DNA from: Candidatus Woesearchaeota archaeon
GTDB lineage: Archaea; Nanobdellota; Nanobdellia; Pacearchaeales; GW2011-AR1
Length of the DNA: 64,000 nucleotides
Assembly: GCA_964419275.1 (NCBI GenBank)
Contig: CAYQOY010000001.1
Span: forward strand, 15,218 to 79,217
Reading direction: 5' to 3'
Shown: in pieces, positions 36,741 to 45,511 of the stretch
Numbering within the stretch: position 1 is the first letter of the stretch
How the letters are laid out: the number at the start of each line of letters is the position of its first letter
Made by a program: the position numbers and the translations under genes
Notes under the pieces: model-generated
Told to the model about the DNA's origin: nothing
What the model saw: only the letters and a program-made list of their open reading frames with translations
Database searches by the model: none

Positions 36741-37793
36741 GTGGCAAGAATAATTGGAAAAGGATACACTTTTGATGATGTTTTGGTTATTCCTAAGTAT
36801 AACAAAGTTGTTTCCAGAAAAGATGTTGTATTGAAAACGCGCGTCACAAAAAATCATTTTTTAGATATGCCTTTGGTGGCTTCTAATATGGATACTGTTT
36901 GCGAGGCTAAGATGGCTATCGCTTTTGGAAGAATGGGGGGATTAGGAATTTTGCATAGATTTTGTTTAATCGAAGAGCAGTGCTCCTGGGTTAAAGAGGT
37001 GAAAAAAGCAGGATTGCTTTGCGCAGCAGCTGTTGGCTTGAAAGATTTAGAACAAAGAGTCAGCGCTCTTGTTGAATCAGGAGTTGACATTCTTGTTTTA
37101 GATGTTGCACATGGGCATTCCAAATATGTTGGAAAAGCATTGGATTGGATAAAAGAAAAATATCCAAAAAAAGATGTAATGGTTGGAAATATTGCAACAA
37201 AAGATGCAGCTGAATACTTCATCAGCAAAGGTGCAGATGCGCTTAAGGTAGGAATAGGCCCTGGTTCTTTGTGCACAACAAGGATTATGACTGGCGCAGG
37301 AGTTCCCCAATTAACTGCAATTATGGATGTTTATGAAGCTAGTCAAGGAAGAGTTCCTATCTGCGCAGACGGGGGAATAAGAATTCCGGGAGATTTAACC
37401 AAAGCAATTGGAGCAGGCGCAGATACAATTATGGTTGGAAGCATTATCGCAGGAACTGATGAAACCCCTGGAGAAATTATTGAAGATGAAAAGGGAAAAT
37501 ATAAAATTTATAGGGGAATGGCAAGTTATGAAGCAACAATCAAAAGATATGAAATGGATGGAAAAAAGAAAGATGAAATAATAAGTGTTGAAGGAGAAAA
37601 AACAAAAGTTAAATTCAATGGGCCTGTTGAGCCAATCTTAAAAAAATTCCTTGGAGGGTTAGCTTCAGGAATGACTTATGTTGGAGCAGATTGTATTGAA
37701 AAGTTAAAAGGGAAAGCTGATTTCATCGAAGTCAGTAATGCTGGATATATTGAAGGAACAGCACACAAGTTTAGAGAGATGAATAAAATTTAG
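36741..37793 (+). CDS. guaB: IMP dehydrogenase/GMP reductase family protein (no CBS subdomain)
   Basis: [12 protein letters not shown]-terminus, catalytic loop [19 protein letters not shown]. Probable GTG start at 36741; the ORF-track TTG start at 36666 overlaps the nuclease gene. Confidence 0.75.
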   Translation: MARIIGKGYTFDDVLVIPKYNKVVSRKDVVLKTRVTKNHFLDMPLVASNMDTVCEAKMAIAFGRMGGLGILHRFCLIEEQCSWVKEVKKAGLLCAAAVGLKDLEQRVSALVESGVDILVLDVAHGHSKYVGKALDWIKEKYPKKDVMVGNIATKDAAEYFISKGADALKVGIGPGSLCTTRIMTGAGVPQLTAIMDVYEASQGRVPICADGGIRIPGDLTKAIGAGADTIMVGSIIAGTDETPGEIIEDEKGKYKIYRGMASYEATIKRYEMDGKKKDEIISVEGEKTKVKFNGPVEPILKKFLGGLASGMTYVGADCIEKLKGKADFIEVSNAGYIEGTAHKFREMNKI

Positions 37794-37822
37794 TTCTAAT
37801 TTATTTTTTAAATTGATTATTT

Positions 37823-39421
37823 TTAATCTAATTTGTCTAATGTTGTTTGCTTTTCAGATTTTTCTTTTAATGTTTCTTGAGAGTTATCTTCAGAAAAAAT
37901 ATCCATTCCGTTAGTCATATCTTTTTTAATGGAGCTTATTGCTGTTTGCATCTTTTTTTCTCTAGCTCTGGAAACATAATAAAAAGATTCATCCCTAGTA
38001 GCTTTGGTTATCATAATCATCAGTTTTCCCGGTTTAAGTCTAGCTGTTCTTCCTGCTCTTTGAATTGTACGAATTGCAGAAGCAACAGGCTCATAGAAAA
38101 TAACAACACTGACCTCAGGGATATCCAAGCCCTCTTCTCCAATAGAAGTAGCGCAAAGGACATTTAATTCTCCAGAAGAAAAATCTACAATCATTCTTTT
38201 TTGTTCTTTTTGACTTAAGCCTTCCCCTTTCTTTTTTGTTTGCCCAATGAAAACACCTGCTTTTATTCCAGAAATTTTATTTAATGTTTTTGAAATCTGA
38301 AGAGCTGTGTCTCGGAATTGAGAAAACACAATTATCTTTGCAGAAGAATTCTTTGTTTTTTCGAATTCAACTATTTCGGCAAGCTTGTTTATTTTTGGAT
38401 GTTCAATTCCTTTTTTCAAAAGTTCTGCAGAGCGAATAAATGCAAGATTCATCTCTGGGCGTTTCATTAGCTGCTGAACTCCCTTGCTTTTCATTTTCGC
38501 AGCCTGGTCAAATAAGTCTGCAAGATAATCATGGAATCCTTTAAGAGTCTGAGTTTCAAGAAGTTCAATCGCATGCTGAAGTTTGATTGCACTAGCGCAA
38601 GAAGACGCACCTTTCATCACATTGAAATTTTTATTTCCCTTTGAAAGCGAGTTCATAATTCTTTTTTGAAGAAGAATAAGATTTGTTTTTGTTGGAGCCT
38701 CAAATAAAAGATGCCTAGATTTGAGTTCATCGATGTAAATATCATTAACTTGTTTCATCATCCTTCTTATTTCTTCAATCTCTGAAGGAAGTTCGACAAC
38801 AACTTTTTCAAATTCTCTTTCTTGAAGATTATGCTTTACATCTTCACTTTCACGAGTCCTTAGCTCAACTTCTTCAATAGAAAGATTTTTGCAAATCTCT
38901 TTTATCTTTGAAACTTCGCTTCCCGGAGAAGCGGTTAATCCTAAAATTCTGGGGTGTTGTGAGGTTTCTTTGTATTTTTGAGCAACATAAGTGTAATCGT
39001 AATTTTTCATGCATCTGTGCGCTTCATCTTCCACTAAAAGGCAAACATCGCTTAAATCATAAAGTTTTTTTTTCAAATCATTTGCAATACATTGAGGTGT
39101 TGAAAAAATTATGTCTGCAGTTTTCCAAATTTTTTTTCTTTGGTCTGCCTTAACTGTTCCTGTGAAAAGTTGCAAATCTCCGAAAAGTTCAGAAAGATGG
39201 CTTGTGAAAAAATTTAAATGTTGTTCTGCTAGAGGGCGGGTAGGGGCTAAAAATAAAACTTTTTCTCCTGGAAATTGTTTCATTCTTTGAATCGCAAGCA
39301 TTAATGCAATCAAAGTTTTACCTAATCCTGTTGGAAGGACAACCAAGCAGTTTTTTTCAAGACAGCTTTCTAATATCTTTTGTTGATAATCCCTAGGGGA
39401 TATGTCTTTTAAAAATTCCAT
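37823..39421 (-). CDS. hef: Hef/FANCM-like superfamily-2 helicase (helicase module only)
   Basis: Motif I LPTGLGKT, motif II VEDEAHR, motif III LTASP, motif VI QRAGRTAR. Inserted helical domain. 532 aa. No ERCC4 domain in this ORF. Confidence 0.75.
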   Translation of the reverse strand: MEFLKDISPRDYQQKILESCLEKNCLVVLPTGLGKTLIALMLAIQRMKQFPGEKVLFLAPTRPLAEQHLNFFTSHLSELFGDLQLFTGTVKADQRKKIWKTADIIFSTPQCIANDLKKKLYDLSDVCLLVEDEAHRCMKNYDYTYVAQKYKETSQHPRILGLTASPGSEVSKIKEICKNLSIEEVELRTRESEDVKHNLQEREFEKVVVELPSEIEEIRRMMKQVNDIYIDELKSRHLLFEAPTKTNLILLQKRIMNSLSKGNKNFNVMKGASSCASAIKLQHAIELLETQTLKGFHDYLADLFDQAAKMKSKGVQQLMKRPEMNLAFIRSAELLKKGIEHPKINKLAEIVEFEKTKNSSAKIIVFSQFRDTALQISKTLNKISGIKAGVFIGQTKKKGEGLSQKEQKRMIVDFSSGELNVLCATSIGEEGLDIPEVSVVIFYEPVASAIRTIQRAGRTARLKPGKLMIMITKATRDESFYYVSRAREKKMQTAISSIKKDMTNGMDIFSEDNSQETLKEKSEKQTTLDKLD

Positions 39422-39438
39422 TTTATTCTACAAAAAGT

Positions 39439-40071
39439 TTAGATTATAAATATACTGAAAAAGAATCCAATAAAAATAAGAGCCACTAAAAATATCCATA
39501 AAGAAAGATTTCCAAAAAAGATTTTATTTCCGTCCAAATTTGAAACAGGAATCATATTGAACAACGCGTAGAAAATATTAATCCTTGAAAATTCAGGGAA
39601 TCCGAATAAGTATCCTATTAAAGCGAGTAATAGATTCATTGCAATCCCTGATGCTGCAATCCATCCAATTTCCTCTTCTGCCATTTCTGAGAATTTGTAT
39701 AATCCATGCCTTCTGGCAGCCTTGTAAGCTTCAGGTTCTGTGTCAAAAACTAAACAAGCCATCCAGATAAAAATATTTATCGGAAAGAAAAACATCTTAA
39801 AAATAATTGGCATAACAATTCCTCCGGGAATTGGTTGAGTGAAATGGAATTCTTTTCTGAATCCGTATCTATATATCTCCCATATTTTTATTTTAATTTT
39901 AGCGTCAAAGAAATAAGCAACTATTTTTTTGGCAAGAATATTCAAAAAAGACACAAGAAAAAAAGAGACAAACAAAGAGAAGTAAACTTGTTTCCCTCCA
40001 AAAGGATTCATTAAGAAGCTGATGATAACTGAAACTAATAAAATGCTGGTAATCTCTTTTATGCTAAACAT
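39439..40071 (-). CDS. polytopic membrane protein, site-2-protease (M50)-like with LDG motif but no HExxH
   Basis: NMIPVSNLDGNKIF resembles the S2P LDG motif. HExxH is not found. Confidence 0.35.
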   Translation of the reverse strand: MFSIKEITSILLVSVIISFLMNPFGGKQVYFSLFVSFFLVSFLNILAKKIVAYFFDAKIKIKIWEIYRYGFRKEFHFTQPIPGGIVMPIIFKMFFFPINIFIWMACLVFDTEPEAYKAARRHGLYKFSEMAEEEIGWIAASGIAMNLLLALIGYLFGFPEFSRINIFYALFNMIPVSNLDGNKIFFGNLSLWIFLVALIFIGFFFSIFII

Positions 40072-40210
40072 GTTTCACTTAAGCTAGAGATTTTTATAAA
40101 CTTATTCTTTAATTTAATTTAAACCTCCCTCGCAGCTATTCAAATATCCGTTGATGTTATAGATAACAAATAACGGAAAAGTATTTAAATCGTTTACATT
40201 AATTTAATGT

Positions 40211-40492
40211 ATGAAAATCAAAAAAATTACAGAGGTTTTGGGTGTAAAAGTTTACACAGATTCTGGAGATTACTTCGGAGAGATTGAAGAAGCAAATCTT
40301 TACGAAAATAAGATAGATGGTTGGAAAATAAGAGTTGGCGGAGGCATAGCTTCTCTTATTGGAGGCGCTAAAGGAGTTATAATTCCTCACCAGTTTGTTA
40401 AGGCTATGAGTGATATTATCATAATAAACTCTTCTGCATTACCAAGTCCAGCTGAACCAGGATTTGAAGAAATGACCGAAGACTTAATGTAA
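40211..40492 (+). CDS. PRC-barrel domain protein
   Basis: 93 aa. GVKVYTDSGDYFGEIEEANLYENKIDGWKIRV is a PRC-barrel-like pattern. Confidence 0.45.
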   Translation: MKIKKITEVLGVKVYTDSGDYFGEIEEANLYENKIDGWKIRVGGGIASLIGGAKGVIIPHQFVKAMSDIIIINSSALPSPAEPGFEEMTEDLM

Positions 40493-40493
40493 G

Positions 40494-41009
40494 ATGGCTG
40501 CTGAAGAAACTATATTTTTGCAACACTGGTTATTTACCAAATTCCTACTTCCTTTCTTATTAGTATTTTTAATTGCATTTGCTTTATTGGAGAAGACTAA
40601 AGTCCTTGGAGAGGGTAACAAACAGTTAAACGCATTAGTTTCTTTTGTAATTGGATTTATTTTTGTTGGAGTTGCTGGACCTGCTTTGATGGTAAGCAAT
40701 TTAATGCTTTTCTTGAGCGTCGCTTTGGTTATAGTTTTTGTAACTTTACTGATTTGGGGCGCAGTTAGTGGAAAAGCGGATTTAAGCATAGTCACTAATA
40801 ACAAAGTTGCAATTATAGTGTTGTTTGCTTTGGTTATTCTTTCAATTGTTTATGCTAGTCTTTGGGCAGCAGGAATAGAGATAGACAAGTTCATTATAGA
40901 TCCTTTATTTAATCAGTCTGGTAGTGAGGCAATTTGGACAAATGTAGGATTTGTTGTAATAATTGCCTTGGCACTTGCTTTGGTTTTAAGAGGAAAAGCT
41001 AGCTCTTAA
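40494..41009 (+). CDS. membrane protein
   Basis: 171 aa, 4-5 TM helices. Start overlaps the stop of the upstream PRC-barrel gene. Confidence 0.3.
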   Translation: MAAEETIFLQHWLFTKFLLPFLLVFLIAFALLEKTKVLGEGNKQLNALVSFVIGFIFVGVAGPALMVSNLMLFLSVALVIVFVTLLIWGAVSGKADLSIVTNNKVAIIVLFALVILSIVYASLWAAGIEIDKFIIDPLFNQSGSEAIWTNVGFVVIIALALALVLRGKASS

Positions 41010-41058
41010 TTTTATATTTTCTCGAAACATATTTAAATAATAATCCCTATTTTTTTTC

Positions 41059-41664
41059 ATGATTGAGAGGTTAATTTTTTTAGCAGCTTTTGTTGGCGCT
41101 GAAAGTTCTGGAAACTCAATAGGCACTTTTTTAGAGAATGCCGGATTTTACAGTTATATCCTCCCCTTCTTGCTTTTATTTGCTTTAATTTTTGGAGTTC
41201 TTTCTAAGTTAGAATTATTCAAAGATAACAAGGGAGTTATAGTATTAATTGCAATGAGTGTTTCACTGATGGCGTTGCAAGTGCCTTTAGTTCCAAAATT
41301 CTTTGCAGAATTATTTCCTAAAGTCGGAGTCGGACTTTCAATCATCTTAGGAGTACTAATCTTGTTTGGGATGTTTATTGATAAAAATAAGCAATGGATA
41401 TTGTACATACTCTTAGCGATAGGAGCAATCATCACTGCAGTGGTTGTTTATCCTAGTTTTAGCGATGTGTTTGGCATAAAAAGTTCTGCTTCTAGTTATG
41501 ATATTGGAGTTATTTTAGGATGGGTTTTAGTGGGAATTGTTGTTTTGATTGCAATTGCCGCAATCGTGGGATGGAAGCTTCCTGTTCCAAAAAGTTCAGA
41601 AAAATCTAGTTCACAACAGCCATATCACCCTTATTTATTTTATCCTCCTGCTCAATCTTCTTAA
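41059..41664 (+). CDS. membrane protein
   Basis: 201 aa, 5-6 TM helices. C-terminal PYHPYLFYPP. Confidence 0.3.
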   Translation: MIERLIFLAAFVGAESSGNSIGTFLENAGFYSYILPFLLLFALIFGVLSKLELFKDNKGVIVLIAMSVSLMALQVPLVPKFFAELFPKVGVGLSIILGVLILFGMFIDKNKQWILYILLAIGAIITAVVVYPSFSDVFGIKSSASSYDIGVILGWVLVGIVVLIAIAAIVGWKLPVPKSSEKSSSQQPYHPYLFYPPAQSS

Positions 41665-41672
41665 TTTTTTAA

Positions 41673-42488
41673 TTAACTTCTTTTTCTTAATTTTTGCGCA
41701 GGGTCAACTCTATTTGGCTTTTGAAAAGAATTCTCTGCTAAGTCCATTAAAGGATTAAGAGTTTTGCTAAAAGATTCTTGCATCATGGACATTTCTTTTT
41801 TTATTCCTTCAAGTGTGCTAGAATAAGAGCCAACTTTATCTAGAATTGCGATTTGTAACTTGTCTAATGTCAAATCAATTCTTTTGACTCTTTCTGAAAT
41901 GTAATCTATTCTTGTCTGGGCCAATGTTTTGAATTCTTCTAATTCATCTAATCTTTTTCTTATTTCAGCAGTTTTTTCTGAGACAACTTGCTGGGCAATA
42001 TCTATCAAAGTCTCTGTGCTTGTGTTGGGCGCATATCCGGAATAAGCTTGCTGAGCGTAAGGATCTTGATACTGTTCAGGGGCATAACCCTCTTGAGGAT
42101 AAGATTGTTGAGGAACAGCAAGATAATTATCTTGTGCAGCGGGAGTGTAAGTCTCTTGAGGAGAATAATAATCTTTAGGTTCTGGAGATTGAGTTTTGTA
42201 ATTTACAGAAGGAGAATAACTTTCTTCTTGTTCTTCGTTTTCCGGAGCGTATCTTTCTTTAGAAGATTTTTCTGGCAGAGAATAAAACTCTTGAGGAGCA
42301 TAATCTTCATTCTGAGGAGGAACAAGTGAGTCCCCTCTTATTCCTGTTACTGCAGCCTTTATGCTTGCTTGATTAAGCGCGTCACTTATTGCTTTTGGTG
42401 AGATTCCTTGTTCTCTAAGATTGTAAATAATATCTTCGTCGTTCATTCCTTCTTCTCTCATTTTTGTTACTTGTTCTAGTGTTCCCAT
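41673..42488 (-). CDS. P/Y/Q-rich low-complexity protein with small N-terminal helical domain and C-terminal coiled coil
   Basis: Repeats of Y.P.E/Q (YAPQEFY, YAPENEE, YSPSVNY, YSPQETY, YAPEQYQDPYAQQAY). C-terminal heptad-like region. Divergent from the pilus ATPase gene. Confidence 0.35.
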   Translation of the reverse strand: MGTLEQVTKMREEGMNDEDIIYNLREQGISPKAISDALNQASIKAAVTGIRGDSLVPPQNEDYAPQEFYSLPEKSSKERYAPENEEQEESYSPSVNYKTQSPEPKDYYSPQETYTPAAQDNYLAVPQQSYPQEGYAPEQYQDPYAQQAYSGYAPNTSTETLIDIAQQVVSEKTAEIRKRLDELEEFKTLAQTRIDYISERVKRIDLTLDKLQIAILDKVGSYSSTLEGIKKEMSMMQESFSKTLNPLMDLAENSFQKPNRVDPAQKLRKRS

Positions 42489-42489
42489 T

Positions 42490-42810
42490 TTATTGTATTA
42501 ATTGTCTTCTTTCCAAAGGTTGAAACATTCTCGCTTGCTTAGTTAATATCTCTAAATCTTCTTTTCTTGCAAATTTAGATAACTCTCCTGAAAGAGTTTC
42601 TAAAAAAGATACCATCCTGTTTACTTCTTGTTTAAGGAGTTCAACATCTTTTTTTAATGTTAAAACTTCTTGTTTGGTTTTTTCTCTGGTTTCAATAAGA
42701 TTTTTTCCTATTAAAATCATTTGATTTTTCAGCGTTCTTTGTTTGTCATCTAAATCTGTTAATGCGCTGTTAATTCCTTGCATATCTGATGGTTCTGTTT
42801 GATTATTCAC
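42490..42810 (-). CDS. small coiled-coil protein
   Basis: 106 aa. Continuous heptad pattern (LTLKKDVELLKQEVNRMVSFLETLSGEL). Confidence 0.35.
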   Translation of the reverse strand: MNNQTEPSDMQGINSALTDLDDKQRTLKNQMILIGKNLIETREKTKQEVLTLKKDVELLKQEVNRMVSFLETLSGELSKFARKEDLEILTKQARMFQPLERRQLIQ

Positions 42811-42904
42811 GTTATTTAAAAAATGCTAAACTAGTTTAAAATTGTTTTGTTTGTTGAGGTTAATTAATCAATAAAGTTTTAAATCAGAATATCTTAATTT
42901 TATT

Positions 42905-45193
42905 ATGGAATTTGAACAGGGAGCAGCTCTTTATTCTTATCAAGTTAAAAAAGAGGGCGGTGAAGATGTTTTGTATATCAATTATCTAGGTGCGCCCTTT
43001 GTTCCGGATTTAGCTGGTTCTGCAGAGATTATGGAAAGAACAATGGATGCACTTATTGAAAATCCCAATGTTTCTAGAATTGTTTTTGTTCAACAAAAGA
43101 ATTACAATTACGATTTCAAAGAAACTTCTTTGATATTGGAAATTGCTCAACTTTATGTTTACTTAATTAAACAAGAACAAATACTTTCCAGAGAAAAATT
43201 AGTAACATTCAATGAACAATTTCACTCTTCAAGGTACAAGGAAATGTTTTCTTTTCTTTATTTGTTGAAAAGAGACCCGGTCTCAGCATACGCTACTCTG
43301 GAAGACACTATTGTTCACGCGAAGGTCATCTTAGAAAGAATGGGTGATGAAATGGCAAGAGACCAAGCTAATTATGTAAGACTTCTAGAGAAAATTTTCA
43401 TTTTATTAAGCTCAACAAAACTCATTTCTCAAGTCAAAGATTACATATCAGATTATTCCAAGGGAAGCAGAGAAATTTATTACCGCGTTTTCAAAGCAGA
43501 TGTAATTCCCAATTTCACTTTCACAAGGCTTGTTTCCGAATTGCCAGAAGATGCAGAGATTGTAGACCAATACAAAATTTCCAGCGGAGAGTATGATGAA
43601 TCTCTTGTTACAATTTTAAGAAGCAAAGAAGAAGCTAAAATGATTTACCATATTGTTCCTCCAGAAAATAATTTAAATGAATCTCAGAATATGCTTTTGA
43701 ATTTAGCTAAGAATGTTTTAATTGAGCACCAGCCTCGTGCAGAAGAATTTACAGACACTGAAAGAACAAGACATGTTTTTTTTAACATTGCCCGAGATTT
43801 ATTGCAAGATTTAGCGCAAACAAAAAAGATTCTCCTTAAGTATCCTGATTTAAACACCTTAGCAACAATTCTTGTAAGGCATACAATCGGTTTCGGAGTT
43901 ATCGAGGTTCTTTTGCAAGACAAAAAAATTCAGGATATTGTTTTGAATGCGCCTATTCCTTTGACTAAGATTTTTTTAAGGCATCAGGATTATGAAGAGT
44001 GTGCAACAAATATTCTTCCAAGCCAGGAAGAGGTTGACTCTTGGGCTTCAAAATTCAGAATGATTTCTGGAAGGCCTTTAGATGAAGCTAATCCTATTTT
44101 AGACACCCAATTGGAAATAGAAAAACTTAGAGCCAGAATTGCAATTGTTCAGCAGCCTCTTTCTCCAATGGGGATATCTTATGCAATTAGAAAACACAGA
44201 GAAGAGCCTTGGACATTGCCGCTGTTTATTAGAAATAGAACCCTGAATTCTTTTGCTGCAGGATTATTGAGTTTTCTTATTGATGGAGCAAGAACAATGC
44301 TTATTGCTGGAACAAGAAGCTCTGGTAAAACTTCTTTGCTGGGAAGTTTAATGCTTGAAATTTTGCCTAAAACTAGAATCATCGTTATTGAAGATTCTTT
44401 GGAGCTGCCATTGGATGCTTTAAGAAAATTAAACTACGATGTTCTCAGAATGAAGGTTCGTTCTGCTTTGCTTAAAACAACAACAGAAGTTTCAGCTTCA
44501 GATGGAATCAGAACCAGTTTAAGACTTGGAGATTCTTCTTTGATTATCGGTGAAGTTAGAAGCGCAGAAGCAAAAGCTCTTTATGAAGCAATGAGAATTG
44601 GTGCGCTTGCAAATGTCGTGGCTGGAACAATTCACGGTGCTTCACCTTATGATGTTTTTGACAGGGTTGTAAATGATTTGAATGTCCCAACAACAAGTTT
44701 CAAAGCAACAGACATAATTGTAGTTACAAATCCGATTAAATCTGCAGATGGGCTTTCTTCTAAAAAAAGAGTTTTGCTTGTAACAGAAGTTAGAAAGCAC
44801 TGGACAAAAGATCCTCTTCTTGAAAAAGGGTTTGTTGATTTGCTTAGATACAATGTTGAAAAAGATGAATTAGAACCCACAGAAGATTTGATTAATGGAG
44901 ACAGTGAAATAATCAAAAGCATTGCGTCAAGTGTTAAGGGCTGGGCTGGAAATTGGGATGCGGTTTATGATAATATTCTTTTAAGAGCTAAAATTAAGCA
45001 AGAGATAGTTGATGTTGCTGAAAGAATAGGCAATGAAAGGTTGCTTGAGGCTAAATTCAATGTTTTTGCTAATCAAGTCTTCCACAGGATTTCCAGCGAA
45101 GTTAGAGAAGAATTTGGATTGCCTTATTCAGATAAAGTTTTCCCTCGCTGGCAGAAATGGCTTAATGAGGAAATTAAGAGCGGCAAATGGTAA
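42905..45193 (+). CDS. FlaI/VirB11/GspE-family secretion ATPase with ~300-aa N-terminal extension (pilus assembly ATPase)
   Basis: Walker A AGTRSSGKTS, Asp box IIVIEDSLEL, Walker B/His box GEVRSAEA...AGTIHG. 762 aa. Confidence 0.8.
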   Translation: MEFEQGAALYSYQVKKEGGEDVLYINYLGAPFVPDLAGSAEIMERTMDALIENPNVSRIVFVQQKNYNYDFKETSLILEIAQLYVYLIKQEQILSREKLVTFNEQFHSSRYKEMFSFLYLLKRDPVSAYATLEDTIVHAKVILERMGDEMARDQANYVRLLEKIFILLSSTKLISQVKDYISDYSKGSREIYYRVFKADVIPNFTFTRLVSELPEDAEIVDQYKISSGEYDESLVTILRSKEEAKMIYHIVPPENNLNESQNMLLNLAKNVLIEHQPRAEEFTDTERTRHVFFNIARDLLQDLAQTKKILLKYPDLNTLATILVRHTIGFGVIEVLLQDKKIQDIVLNAPIPLTKIFLRHQDYEECATNILPSQEEVDSWASKFRMISGRPLDEANPILDTQLEIEKLRARIAIVQQPLSPMGISYAIRKHREEPWTLPLFIRNRTLNSFAAGLLSFLIDGARTMLIAGTRSSGKTSLLGSLMLEILPKTRIIVIEDSLELPLDALRKLNYDVLRMKVRSALLKTTTEVSASDGIRTSLRLGDSSLIIGEVRSAEAKALYEAMRIGALANVVAGTIHGASPYDVFDRVVNDLNVPTTSFKATDIIVVTNPIKSADGLSSKKRVLLVTEVRKHWTKDPLLEKGFVDLLRYNVEKDELEPTEDLINGDSEIIKSIASSVKGWAGNWDAVYDNILLRAKIKQEIVDVAERIGNERLLEAKFNVFANQVFHRISSEVREEFGLPYSDKVFPRWQKWLNEEIKSGKW

Positions 45194-45235
45194 GTTTATA
45201 GCAAGATTTATATATTTCTTAAGTTATTTTTACCT

Positions 45236-45454
45236 ATGAAACAATCAAGAAAAAAGAAATTTGACAAATCTTTATTTCTAGCCTGGCTCGCCGTGGTTAG
45301 TTATGTTATAGCTTTAATTTTTATTTCTGTGAATATAACCGGAAATGTGATAAATAATTCTGGTGCTCCAGACAGTTCCAGAATAATCAGTATCGGAACC
45401 TTTTTCTTAGGGCTTTGCTTTACTTTTTTTTATTTTAAAACTAAGAACAGATAG
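45236..45454 (+). CDS. small membrane protein between ATPase and platform genes
   Basis: 72 aa, two TM segments. Confidence 0.3.
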   Translation: MKQSRKKKFDKSLFLAWLAVVSYVIALIFISVNITGNVINNSGAPDSSRIISIGTFFLGLCFTFFYFKTKNR

Positions 45455-45511
45455 CCACAAAGATTTATTAATTGTTTTTACATTTTTAAGATAGTTTAAC
45501 CGAGGTGCTAA

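Noticed and set aside
36854-37310. Two minus-strand ORFs (140 and 70 aa) inside the IMPDH-family gene
   Set aside because: Antisense shadow ORFs within a gene with strong catalytic-motif support. No recognisable motifs.
41988-42329. 113-aa plus-strand ORF rich in R/I/L
   Set aside because: Antisense to the low-complexity Y/P/Q-rich gene. Composition is a mirror artefact of the sense-strand repeats.
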